64,000 bases of DNA. Source: Styela clava. Lineage: Eukaryota. Each line of letters opens with the position of its first letter. Position 1 is the stretch's first letter. Below the pieces are notes generated by a model, which was not told the origin of the DNA, did no database searches, and saw nothing but the letters and a program-made list of their open reading frames with translations. The stretch is from positions 3,286,001 through 3,350,000 of the forward strand of contig NC_135253.1 of assembly GCF_964204865.1 (NCBI RefSeq), written 5' to 3'. Below, piece after piece: positions 1 through 12,373 of this stretch. Both the position numbers and the translations under genes were made by a program.

Positions 1-184
1 ATCTATCACGTACGGACATCTGCTGCCATTGTAATTTTGTGTGTATGCGTTGCCAATTACAAATAATGTGGACTGAAAAACAAGTGAGATATATAGTAAT
101 GTATGAGTACATTATGGTTGATTTATTTTATGATACATATACAATAATTGTTAATCTAAAGTATTTTTGTATATTTGGCTAGAA

Positions 185-600
185 CAGCGGTTCCCAAACT
201 TTTTGATCGTGCGGCGCCAAATTATTAGGGAAAAAAACTCAGGACGCACATACACGAAAACAAATGCTGCCCTCAATAAAACTCAATTTTGTGATTGTCA
301 ATGTGTACTTTGTTCCTTTTAAAGTTTGTGAACATGTAGGCCTAAGGAATAAAGGCAAAATGCCAACTCTTCTTCCTCATATCTGCCCAATTGTCCTTTG
401 AAATATTAAAAAATCACTTATGTTCGCTAAACTCGGCTCAGCAGATAAATAAACTGCAGATTGCAGCAATTGGTATAACAGGAACGTAACAATAGAGGCG
501 GACCTACGTAACAGAAAGTAAACGACATACGTAGGTAAAATGAATTTAATGATTTATATATACAGCATTTAAAATAAGAAGCATCAAAACATTTTCGTGT
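185..600. mobile_element. Left part of non-autonomous hAT element
   Basis: Starts CAGCGGTTCCCAAAC after GGCTAGAA; internal sequence recurs inside elements at ~35320-35720 and ~37055-37420. Right end not found. Confidence 0.6.
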
Positions 601-1845
601 CAGTTGTATAGTTTCCATCTAACCGTCAATGGATCAACGCAGAAGCTGCAACTTAGTTTTTTACACAAGTGACACAAATTGTCAATAAACTATAATTCCT
701 ATTTACTATAATAAAATTGAATGATTTCAAAATAGACCAGAAATATCTTCCAATCCTTATGATGCAATCTTATTGAAGCAATGATTGCTAACATACCTTT
801 GTTACGATCGATGATAGAAACATAACTAAAGAAGTTATAAGGAGGAAAATGTGAAGAAATCTGTTAGAAGTAAAAATAATGGAGTAAAGTAATAATGCAA
901 AAGGCAATAGTAGTATTATATTACGAAAAGCATGTGTATAGTGATTGCCAGTGTTAAAATGTAATTTGTTGTATAAAGAATTGTATCATGTGCAATAATA
1001 CTCACTTGTTTAATTGAACCATCTTCTTAATTTTGCTCGTCTCAGATGAGTCTTGGAGGCATCGTATGATAATATTATATCTAAGTGAACGGATAAATTA
1101 CATCTTTGATTAGAAAGAGCTTACATAAGCTAATGCAAAGGGTTGTTCTGATGAAACTAATACAACATTTACTGAATTTCGCAATTTTACTCAGAAATTC
1201 CACTAAAGTGTCGTGGAGGATGGTGAGGCTCTTAAATATTTGAAATATAGCAATATCCGCAATTCGCTGCTTTTTTTTCTGTGGCACCGTCGTAATACTA
1301 TTCCGTAAAAGCAATGGCGCTGTTTAAAAAAGTTACAAACGGATTTCAATATTTACGACACCTCTGAAAGAGATATGTTACATTTTTTATGGTGACATCT
1401 TTTGCAAGGAAATTAACCGATAACAATCCTTACGGTCAATGTGTTTGTCTTTCACATAAGAATTTTTTCCAACATTGCATATTACAGCATTGACTGTGCA
1501 CGAAAACGTACACACGTATTCCGGATATGGAATGCATAGAAAACCACGTGAACGGAAGCATCAAATTCAAACATAATACACATGGTCGTATTACAAGCAC
1601 ACATGTTTCTTCCTAGTATTCCTATTTTGAGTCTAACTTTTCAAAATTATTCATAACTATGTTTCCTATTTCTTGTAACCCATAGCATAGAGAATTGGGT
1701 CTTGGATTGCACAACGTTTGTATTGAAACTGTATATTAGCACGGTATAATCAAACCGCCAAAAAGTTAAGTACTAACATGATAACCAGGGACTGGTCCAT
1801 TCTGATTTTGGATTTACACTAAAGTTCGCCGCTTAGAGAAATTGC

Positions 1846-2075
1846 GGCGATCCAGAAGTACGTGCACCAAAATGGCGGACACCGGAACATCGTGTGTGTG
1901 CCAGGTTAGGGTTAAGCCATAATTTTATTTTTATTTTACCTTTTTTAGTTATATTACAAGTTCGGGGACTAGCCGAGTGACTCCCGTAGTATTTGTGCCT
2001 AAAATTATGGCCTAACCTGGTACACATACTACGTTCCGGTGTCCGCCATCTTGGTGCACATACTTCTGGAGTACC
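1846..2075. mobile_element. Palindromic MITE, Merlin-like (GG..CC ends, 8-bp TSD), with TTAGGG-like motifs
   Basis: Long inverted arms; flanks GAAATTGC / GAAAGTGC (7/8 match). Confidence 0.8.
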
Positions 2076-3029
2076 GAAAGTGCGTTGTCTTTCCAATAGA
2101 ACAGTTGGTTTTACTCTCACTCTCCTACATTCTATAGTATCCACCTACCTTCCCTATTTCATGCATTTCTCGGTAGCTTGCCTGGTATTATAGCGGTAAA
2201 TAAGCGATTTGCGTTATATATTCATTTATGCCATAATGACTGGATGATGTAATTCATCTCAATCATGATACATGAACAAATATCTCATAAAATTGTAACC
2301 TCATGACAATCACTAATGCATTCACTTCTTATTTATATAATTCAAATAATTGATTTTAAAAACGTGGACGCAATCAAGAAACTGATTGTTTGTGTTTCGT
2401 CTCATTTAGCCACGTTTCCCCGCCATTGTTTCCTTTCTTCAGTTAATCGAACAAATGAAATAATATATCATTGAAAATTTTGGGTTCGTTCGTTTCAATT
2501 GTGTCAAAATTGAAATTCATACTAGTTTAAAAATATATACATTTTCATTGACCGGAAAACAAGCGGTGTCCGGTAGTTCAGATTTTTTTCAAAATCTATA
2601 TATTTTTCGTAACTTTCCAGTCAACACTTTATGATATACATTTGTCATGTCGCATATAGACATATGCTCCAAAATAAAAGATAGATATTGTAATATCATT
2701 TTCAATCATTTTAAACATTTAGTATTCAACATTTCAAACGTTTTGTCTTTTTAAACATTTGTCTCAGTCACCCAGACATAGAGATACCATGATTGCCATT
2801 GGCTAACATATTAACTTGCTTTTCCCTGAAAATATTTTCAGACATCAATCACTTATATCAGCCTAAGCCCTAAGGTAAAAACAAACTGTCCGAGATAATC
2901 TTCTGGTAAGATCATTTCAATATTCTCCCAACATCGTGTGATAGTTTTATCAATGAAATGAGTTGCTTTGCCTGAGTGATGAAATCGTGACCGGTTGAAA
3001 CTGCAGAATATTGAAAAAGACTTCACAAT

Positions 3030-6000
3030 CTATATCGGAGGAGTTGGAAGTCGCCTGCTTTGGATTGAAGCAACGGACCTCATACTTAAACGAGATTGAG
3101 AAGCTCTTGCAAAGTTCCGTTCTAAACAAAAAATATATGATAAATTAAAATCTTTGTGAGTGGAATACCACATTCAGAAAAATTTAGTTCATGGGCTGAA
3201 ATACCATATTATTCAAATGCTGACAATTGACCTATCGGAAAAAATCTGTATATATGTATGGTATAATATCATGAACCACTTTATGCATATATCCATAGTA
3301 TATATGTCTGTCTGAATGTCAAAAATAAGTCGGAAACGTGAAAAAGAAATTGCCTTTTCGACGCTTTGCTGGGCATGTCGTGTTTTAAATGTTCAATTGT
3401 TTCAAAACACCTACCTTCAGATTTCTTCCGATTTTTGTTTCGATGTGATGACTTTTTTGCTTGTTTATTTCGTTTCTTTTCATCCAAGATTTCATAAAAG
3501 TGATCGTCATCATCGTGCTTAGACTTCGATTTCCTTGGTTTCTTTGATTTGCTTCCAGTTTTTGTATTTTTCTGATTCTGATGGATTTGCCTGCTTACGC
3601 GAATAGGCTCTTTTGGAAAACTCCTCAAAGTATCTTGTACTAAGGCTTCGTCCGACTGATTGTTAAGCTCTTTAAGTTCAGCTGGCGAAGTCCATGACAT
3701 TAGCCTGTGCGGCTGTGGGAAATACTGCCTCTCAGGTTGTTGTTTGTCATAAACGTTTGCGCTCACACTGGGTATTTGAGATCGCCCCTTGTCATTGTAA
3801 ATGTGATGGCCTTTTCCATAGTTACCGTAACGACTTTCTTTATGAGAAATATGGCGACTATGGCTTCTATGACCATCAAAATGATATAAATTTCCGTGAT
3901 TCGAGTGTCCATAACTTTTATGTCTGCTACGATGTCGCCGTTGGTGGTAGTCGTGGCTATGTCTCTTTGAGAAGCCACGGTAGTAAGCAGGGTCAATGTG
4001 ATAATGCATAGGTTCCCTTGCTCCCTGATTCCGGGACGGATGTCTTTGATACACTTTCGTGGGTCCATAGATCGGACCAGAGTAGGTTGAATCATCGGAA
4101 TAGCTGTCTGAGGTAGATTGAGAATATTCTGAATAATGAGAATAACGTCGCTTTGAATGACGCCTTCCATATTGCGAAGCACCATAATCCGATCTTGGAT
4201 CAGAATGTGTACGACGACGCTTTTTATGACGACGATCTAGAACAAGGAGTGATATCAATTACTTTGATGGCCAACCGATAAGTATAATATTGCATATTCT
4301 CATACATTGAGATAGTTGCACTAACACATTGGATTGTGATGCTCGATAAATCTCATTTTGGAACAAGAGAGCTACGCCCAAATATATGGACACGTCTGTT
4401 CGCAGTACAGTACGGTTTACCGTACCGTCAGATCACAGTCTACAAATATATTCACACCAAGCGAAGCAGTACAGTAGGACACAAAATGGCGTTCGATGAC
4501 CGCAGAACGTTTGATGACGTCATAGCAAGCAGAAACAAATCTCACAGAGCTGACAGAAATATTTAAAATGAATAAAAGTAATAGCCTTCTGGGGAAAAAT
4601 TTTATCTTTAACCACTGAAAATTTTAAAGCAATTGGTCCGGTATTCGGAGAGAAAAGCGATTTTTTTAAAAATGATGGAGACAAATAATGAAAATAACAA
4701 TGAAAACAAAATTTTGAAACGATCGTTATGTCCACTACGTGTCCAATAAGTCGATATATACTGAAAATAAGACTTTTGATTATCATATTTCACATAGTAT
4801 GCGTTACCTCTGTCATAAATACTTTTATCAATTGTTCGTCCATGGTAACCGTCCAAAATATCACCGTTCATATGTGGCGGCTTTCTCGTTGGTGGTGGCC
4901 CTTGTTATAAAATTACGATATTTTAGTGTAAAGTATATACTGGAAAAGATTTTACCTACGCATATGACGAGTATTTGACTTGATACCATAGGCAACAAAA
5001 TCAAAGATAAACCAGGTTTATGTTTTTCTGCTATTCCAGTAGCAAAGCAAAAGGCATTTTGCACAAAGTAGAAAATATAAAGAAATGTTCGCATCCTATT
5101 GGTTGGTTTTCTAAAAATATGTTTCACCAAAATTTCGCGATAACCAACTATTACGTACTTCACAAAATCCTGCCAAAACTCTATGTCGTCCATTTGTTTC
5201 TAATCATGCTGTTATTTATTTATATTAATGTAACACTTTTGTGAAATCACCATTTACGCGAGGTCTTCCTATTCGATCCATTTCATTTTCAGCCTCTCCG
5301 TGTGGTGGTTTATGCCTTTGCTTCGGTGTTTGGCTGTACTTCTTTTCTGACAATGGGGATGGATTAGAAGGGGGCCTGTCAATCAAAAATGCAATAATCT
5401 GTTACAGACAAATAGAACGCATAATGGTAATGATAAAATGCACAATTCTGTGTTATAGTACAAAGTATATCATTACAGAATTATATAGAATTTAGAGTTG
5501 TTCGACTGCTTTGATTTTATCAGTTTTTTTCTGTATGGGATTGTATGGATATCAAAATTTACATAAATTATTTGTTTGGACTGCACCTTGTTTTTACAAT
5601 TTTTTTCCATTGTTTTTTTTGGAACAAAAAGACTAATATAATGTCATATAAATAATCAATGTTTCATATATTCATACTGATTCTAAATTCGGCCTCGATT
5701 AAACCGGCCATTCGCCTTTTGTTTTAACCAACTTCAATGAACAACAACACAGTATAAGCAAACACAGTTCATTTTACACTTACACAGCACTATCTACAGA
5801 TGTTGTCTTTGATATTGATTTAGTTCTCCATTTCGGGTAAAAGATTTTTCCATTTGTATTTTGTTCCGGAACCTTCTTTTTTGATATTCCCTTTTTACTC
5901 TCAGCTTTTGCTTTTTTCTTGTCTCTAAAATATCGTCCGATTAAAAGTTTCAGAACAATCATGCCAATGATGAGTATTACAGCAGTGATGACAACATAAA

Positions 6001-8392
6001 TTACTGGTGAAAGTCCACCTCCTGATGCGTCTGCTATTTCTTCGGTGGTTGTGGTTGGTTTGGCGGTGGCTGAATTGAAAAGAATTTTGAGAAATAAAAA
6101 ATTAGAGGACACCGAAAGTGAAAGACCCTTCCCACTCGTGGTTCGAACTCTACAAAAGAACATGCTTAAGATCAGATCGCATAAAAATCAAATATAATCC
6201 AAAATACTAGTTAGAGTACCACAAGAAAACAACTACTTTGATTGTTTTATTCCATTTTATTTTGTGTATCCCATTAAATAAATTTGAGCTGTTCGAGTAT
6301 ATATTTCATTTTATGCATTAATTTCATAACTTTTATTTAAATTAGGTAGAACATTACCATGTATTCAGTTTTATTGAAGAAATAAAAACCGATTTAATTC
6401 GTCGTGGAGGGAAATGTTTGAATACAAAGTAGTAAACAATTTTTTTTGTGGTTTTCAGATCTATAAAAGATTTTCAGAACAGTAGAAGTCAGAATGGTAT
6501 GCTCACTCGGTAATCCTGGACGTTGACCACCTGGCCCCAAAGGTCCCATTCCCAACAAATTAGTTTGAGGTACCGGTCCATCTGTAGAACAAAGTAACAT
6601 TTTATTGAATTAGAATAACAGTTCGGCGCACAACACTCCGTAACTGATAACATATTTGAGTGGATGTTTCGTTCAAAAAATCCATTTGATAGTGTGGGCA
6701 CTTGCATAATCCCTTCATTATTTCTCACTGGAATTTCAATTCTTATTGTTGAAGCCTCATATTTAAATCATCACGAAACTATCTAAATGATGTTCGTTAG
6801 AGCGTTATGTTCATAGGCTATGAATATGGTACTATTTTCCGAATACCGCAGAGACGGTGATAAATCACAATTTTCTTCTTCCAGTGCTTGGCGTTAAAAA
6901 TCAGCATCAGAGTTTAGTCAAAATGCCCGAAGCGAAATGATGGCAAAACTTGTTTTCCGTTTCCTACGTAAGGTAGAAGCACGTTACCGAATTCATTTTG
7001 TGCTTGCCCTAGGGGTTACATATTTGAAAATTAATCTGCCTATTCCATAGCAATCTCGTAACTTCATAAATTTGTAACAGCGACAAATTTTTGTCGGAAT
7101 TCTCTGTGATGGTATGAAGCGGTTTTTTCAATACTTGAATGGACCTATTTGTGTTAACCAAACATAGTAATTAAGCATTTTAAGTCACTGTTTTAAATCC
7201 AATCGTTATTTCTGAACTTGGTTGCTTTCATGGTCGTAAATGGAATTTTGAAGCTTGTACTCAATTTTTACTCTGCAACTAACGGCCATATTTCGTGAGA
7301 CTTCACTACTCACATTTCTGACAAATATATCTGTTTGCGGAGTTGCAATCAACTAATCCATACAGAGCGTCGTTAATCATTTGACCACGCATAATGGGAC
7401 ATGATGTTCGTCCTTTTTGTTTGTACGTTCTGCCTCGATTCTGTAAATAAAATTGCACATTTGAAAACATTTAGCTAATATCGATAGAATTTTTTTGCAT
7501 ATCTGATTTCCAGCGAATATTTAACATACATGATAAATTCGAAGAGTGCTTTACAACTTAAATCCAAGATATCCTTTGGAATGCAGTTTTATTTTTCAGA
7601 AAATAAAAAAACCACATGGAAAAAGAAGTTTTTTTAATAACAATTCAAGTTTTACCACAAATATGTTTGTTTATCACTCGTACGTGATCACAGCTGAAGA
7701 TATAGCGGACTAATAAACCACTGGAAGTGGTAGATTAATATCCTAGTTATTATATATATTCTAGTTTCATTGCTTGGCCGTACAACCTATATTTATCTAA
7801 ATTGTAGAAAACGAATGTTGAAGTAAATTAACCAAAAGCGTGTACTGCGTAATTAATTCTAGTTTGTAGCGCATGTTTAGTAGTGTGAATGGAAGTGCGA
7901 AATTCACAAAATATAAGTTTAACAAACTGATATCAAAATAACTTCAAAAAGGCCTTGCAACTTAATAGTTTTATTTAGAACAAGCTGTGTACCAGTATGC
8001 AAATATTAGGTATCGAAACAGTCGAAACTTACTATAAATGACCCAATCCAGAAATCATTTCCACCCATCGTCCGGACTTTGTCTCGAACATATTTGCTAA
8101 AAACAGGTTCAATATCTGCCAGTCGCGCTCCGACATTTTCACATGCAGTTTTTGCCGTTTCATAACTACTGTGTGAGCCAAACTTGAAGCAAGCCGTTTT
8201 ATGCTTCATGTATTCTGCCGGACACACTGGAAAGGCAAAAAGTGTTAGATAATTAGGGTGATCATAAAAGTGTAAAATCCCATTGAACGTTGCCTATATG
8301 ATTGGTTGACTTATACTACAAATCTCACCTATTTCAGTCGGCTGAGGTAAAGGAAATGCGGGTATTTCTACCATTGACGGACCTCCCGCCAT
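3030..8392 (-). CDS. C-type lectin-like domain single-pass membrane protein with long low-complexity cytoplasmic tail (~625 aa, 9 exons)
   Basis: Exons 8392-8329, 8226-8033, 7440-7314, 6581-6507, 6069-5784, 5375-5251, 4900-4808, 4236-3415, 3121-3030; all GT-AG, phases match, total 1878 nt = 626 codons. CTLD pattern CPAEY..TACF..AKTACENVGARLA..FWIG..C..DCNSANRYIC; Thr-rich stalk; TM VIYVVITAVILIIGMIVLKLLIG followed by a basic stop-transfer. Start codon and exon 6/7 junction less certain. Confidence 0.8.
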
Positions 8393-10234
8393 CTTCGCTG
8401 GATCGGACTTCCTCGTTGAAAAGGTTCACTCCTTTACTTTCATTCGCATTGAAATTTTTTCTTTTTATTTCATGATGTGATAAAAATTGTAATTTATATG
8501 TCTGCGTAGAATTATGAAAACGTATTACGATTAATGAATTGTACTCATCTACTAAAAAATCAAATTCGCGACGTGTCATAAGACCTATTTTATCCCAGAC
8601 AACAAGGCGTTAACAAGACGACAACGGCAAATTTCAATTAAAGTAAAGCTATACCTAAAAGTGTACCAATATTGTCATTGTAAGTTATATACCTACCTTC
8701 CCTTGAACAAATGAGAAATCAAAAAAATAAATTTCGTGACGCATATCTTTGCATATTATATACACTACGGCCTACAATCTAACACGTTTGGGTTTTTCTT
8801 TGTATGTAAAATATATATTATCTGTTCTTCCAAGATTAGTAAGTATCTATACTATATTAGTTTAAAATTAATTCTGAATAGATCACGAAAAGATATATTT
8901 TATTCTAACGGAGAGCAGAGCGATTTTTGGAAATGATTGCTGTTGGTGTAGTAATGTAGTTAATACTATTTCTATTTTTGTGATATTTGTTAGTACTATT
9001 GTGTCTGGTTCATTTTATAAGTTCAATATCCCTAACATGATCTACAATTTGGTTTGAACTGTTACAATGATTGAGATTTGTTGTCTTCCCACATAAGTCA
9101 ATCTTCTATTTCCCGTCTCGTCTACTTGTGCCCGAATAGAGCAAATTATCACTTTTAGTTTAATTGCCCTTCACAATAAGAAAACATTTAAATCAAAATC
9201 CCAACGTGTTATAAACAATCAATTATCTCTTTGATTGTTCTATTGCGGACCAAGCAGATCAATTAACGAAAAGCACCATAAAATCACTCGTGCGACAGTT
9301 TTGTGTCTTTTCAGCTGCTCTGAATGATTGAGGGGTTCACAACACATCTGTATCAGATATACACGTTTCAGTTAACGATTCGTAAGTTGGGACCACAATT
9401 TAGTTCAACTTTTACCCGAAATTTTTATTTGTTTTCAATAAAATTGTCCAGTTCACACACGGCAACATAATGCCACATGCTTAAATCTACCACTTATGAC
9501 GAGTCTACACATAAAATGGTTGAAGAACCATCAATTAATTTAAAGAGTGGCACATTCTGTTACAAGAGGACTAATATTGAATATATGAAGGAAATCGTTT
9601 TAGACATATCTTCCGATAATAAAGCAATTAGTGGTTTATCTGTATATCTAGGCTAAATGTTATCAAATCTACAGACGCAGAATCAGTCACCTATCGAAGA
9701 TAACATGTCATGACTATTATAATAGCAGGATACCCCTAGCCTATCAACTGGACATTTGCCATACCAAATTCAGTACTTATATACAATTTCTAATTTTTTT
9801 CTAAATAATTGATCATTCCGAGTCCTCAATTCTTTCTCATTCAGCAATTTCAAACAGACAACAATATAAATCTAAAATATTTCCCTTTCCTTCACTAATA
9901 AATATCTCAAGATCAGTTCCAATTTCTCCCCAAATCAAAGCATTTAGCAGGTTATCATAATTTGTCCTAGCCATGTTACTCTCTCTTCCGATATGCATTT
10001 GCCAACAACGACCATATGTGATGATATGTAATTATAATCTAACAGTTCATTTCCCACACGTACCCAAGCGAAGCTACCAATCCTCTTCGCAGTAAAGCTG
10101 GAATATAGTGTACAATTGCCTCAGGCGATCTGACGAATTTTTTTTCGTCTGGCTAGTCGAGATAAGACCTAATCATGAATCATGATTAATACGACTACAT
10201 TTTTATTCTAATTGCAAACGTATTCTGTTATTAC

Positions 10235-10503
10235 CAGGTTTGTCCATGGGACATATTTTCTCTCCAATTCCGATCCCATAAGAATTATACCTGTCCCAAC
10301 CCATCCCATACCATGGGATTCCCATTAGAATACAATTCAACAAATATTGTTAAATTTAGGTTTAGCGTCTACTAAATAGGACTAGATGTACGAAGAGACA
10401 TGCAAACTAATAATATTTACTAACTTTGTTCACTTTATATTCATAACTATTGTAGGCTACATCTGTCCATCAGACGGGAATCCCATTCCCATGAACAAGC
10501 CTG
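10235..10503. mobile_element. hAT-type MITE (TIR CAGGCTTGTCCATGGG family)
   Basis: TIRs CAGGTTTGTCCATGGG / CCCATGAACAAGCCTG; perfect 8-bp TSD GTTATTAC. Confidence 0.88.
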
Positions 10504-10985
10504 GTTATTACTTCCAATAGACTGTGTACGGGCGGATTTCCAATGAGCGAAAAAAAAAGGGGTACTGCGAAAATAACACGGGCTCATCGACTTGTTTAAA
10601 GCCGGCTCCTCAATTCATGCTTATTTGACATAGCTTGCATCATTCTAAAATTCCTCATTTTGCCACCTAGCCGTTGTTCTTTCAGTGATACGTTGAATTG
10701 TTCGGTTATCTTGCCAAACCAATTTTCATTAGTTCATTTTTACTTTCACTGTTTTCGCTAATATATTTTGTATCAAACACACAAAAAAAAATTATGCAAC
10801 ACTGTTTATTTATTCTAAACCTAAATGCGCCTTTATCGCCACATGAAGTTACTCTGAAAGTTTGCATACTGGCAACTTTTGGACATTTGTATTTGAAAAC
10901 GCCTGTTTTATTTATATATTGATAGGGCACCTGAATACGTGCACATGTTGATATAATACAATAGAGCAAAGCTTAAATATATAAT

Positions 10986-11331
10986 ATGGACACGAGGGCT
11001 GAAACGAAATATTCAACCACCCCGAAACCATATCCTATTGCGAAGATAAAACTATGGAACGGCTACCGTATGTGTGGTGTACTACCATAAGTATACTTCT
11101 AGTGGGCGCGGCGCAACAATTTTTGCATATGTCATTCATGATCCCCACCATGACTATGTCAAAAATGACGTCAATGAACGTTATTGTTATTATTATTATG
11201 TTGTTGGCGGTGGTATTCTTTTTTGTTTTGTTATTGTTGTTGTAAAAATATTTCATTTATTTTTAACTAATGTACTAATTGCTTTGTGATTTTCAGTGGC
11301 TGCAGATTGTTGTTATTGCTGCCCCTGCTAG
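10986..11331 (+). CDS. Possible 2-exon 38-aa microprotein with Cys-rich C-terminus
   Basis: ATG 10986, donor GTATGT 11068, branch-like ACTAAT ~11273, acceptor TTTTCAG 11296; phase-compatible, giving MDTRAETKYSTTPKPYPIAKIKLWNGYLAADCCYCCPC*. No homology recognised. Confidence 0.25.
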
Positions 11332-12373
11332 ATCGTAATAGTAAGCATAGTCAATTAACCTCAACCAAACAATCTCGATTGCGTACTTTGTTAGGCCAAT
11401 GGTTTTGAGCAGATGAGCATGAAGGTTAAGCATTAATAACTCCGACATAGTTGCTTAGCCAAACGGCATTTCCGCAGTGTTAGGGCAGGGTGATCACACA
11501 CTAGAGAAAAGTTTTGCTTAGGCCATATTTTTCTTTTATACGTGAGTGTACCTGCTAATTGAACAGTATTCACACTTTTGTATGAAGTAAAACATTCTCA
11601 TAATTTTTATAGCTTGCCTATCTGCGCATGTGATGTTGATAAACAAATTCAATTCATCATGCAATTTTATCGAACTCGAATGGCACTCGATTCGATATAA
11701 CTTGAAAATCTGCTAAATAAAATAGTCTTTTTAAATGCGATTCTCAGATTAATCTAACCAATCATTTTTTTCGGTTAGATCACCATCTTATTGCGGACCT
11801 CATTTTATCAGTCCTCTCCCTTCTTGTCTGATTTTCTTCTCATCGTATCAAAATTGAAATTTAAAACTCATTCTCATTCTCCATTTACATTCTTACAAAT
11901 AGAACAATTTCTGCTATACCATAGGCGAACGTTTATGTATATACTAGTTTAAGTCACATCAAAGACAGAATTTCTTAGTATTGTGTACATCATGATTACT
12001 ACGTATTGGTATAAATAAATAGTTCATCAAGTAACAAGACAGAACCGACCACTGCACTAGTGGAAAGACAAAAATTATTCATATATTTGGGTTCAGACAC
12101 AAAAAGTGGTACCGGTAACAACTTCGAGGCAAGTGCATAACATGTAGAATCTAGCAATAATTTGAAAGTTGAATGTTTTTATTTTATAGTGGTCCAAATT
12201 ATAACGGCACATTGTAACTGGATCATTAGTTACCGTTCATCTAGAATAATTGAACTATTTGCAATGAACTACAAACGTCTTTTTGATTGCTTTTTTCAGC
12301 TTTATTCCACATAGAGTTTTCGGGGAGGGTCTCTTCGACGGAATTCACTATACGCAAAGAAATACATTTACAT

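Noticed and set aside
1833-2193. Overlapping ORFs with CAPRWRTPE (also 19806, 28821)
   Set aside because: Translations of the palindromic MITE.
6489-6728. 79-aa ORF as alternative terminal exon of the lectin gene
   Set aside because: An acceptor exists at ~6728 and phase fits, but the peptide is featureless; the 6581-6507 exon in another frame links properly to the TM exon.
11035-11289. Three overlapping hydrophobic or Asn-rich ORFs
   Set aside because: Arise from TTA/TTG low-complexity sequence, probably intronic or intergenic.
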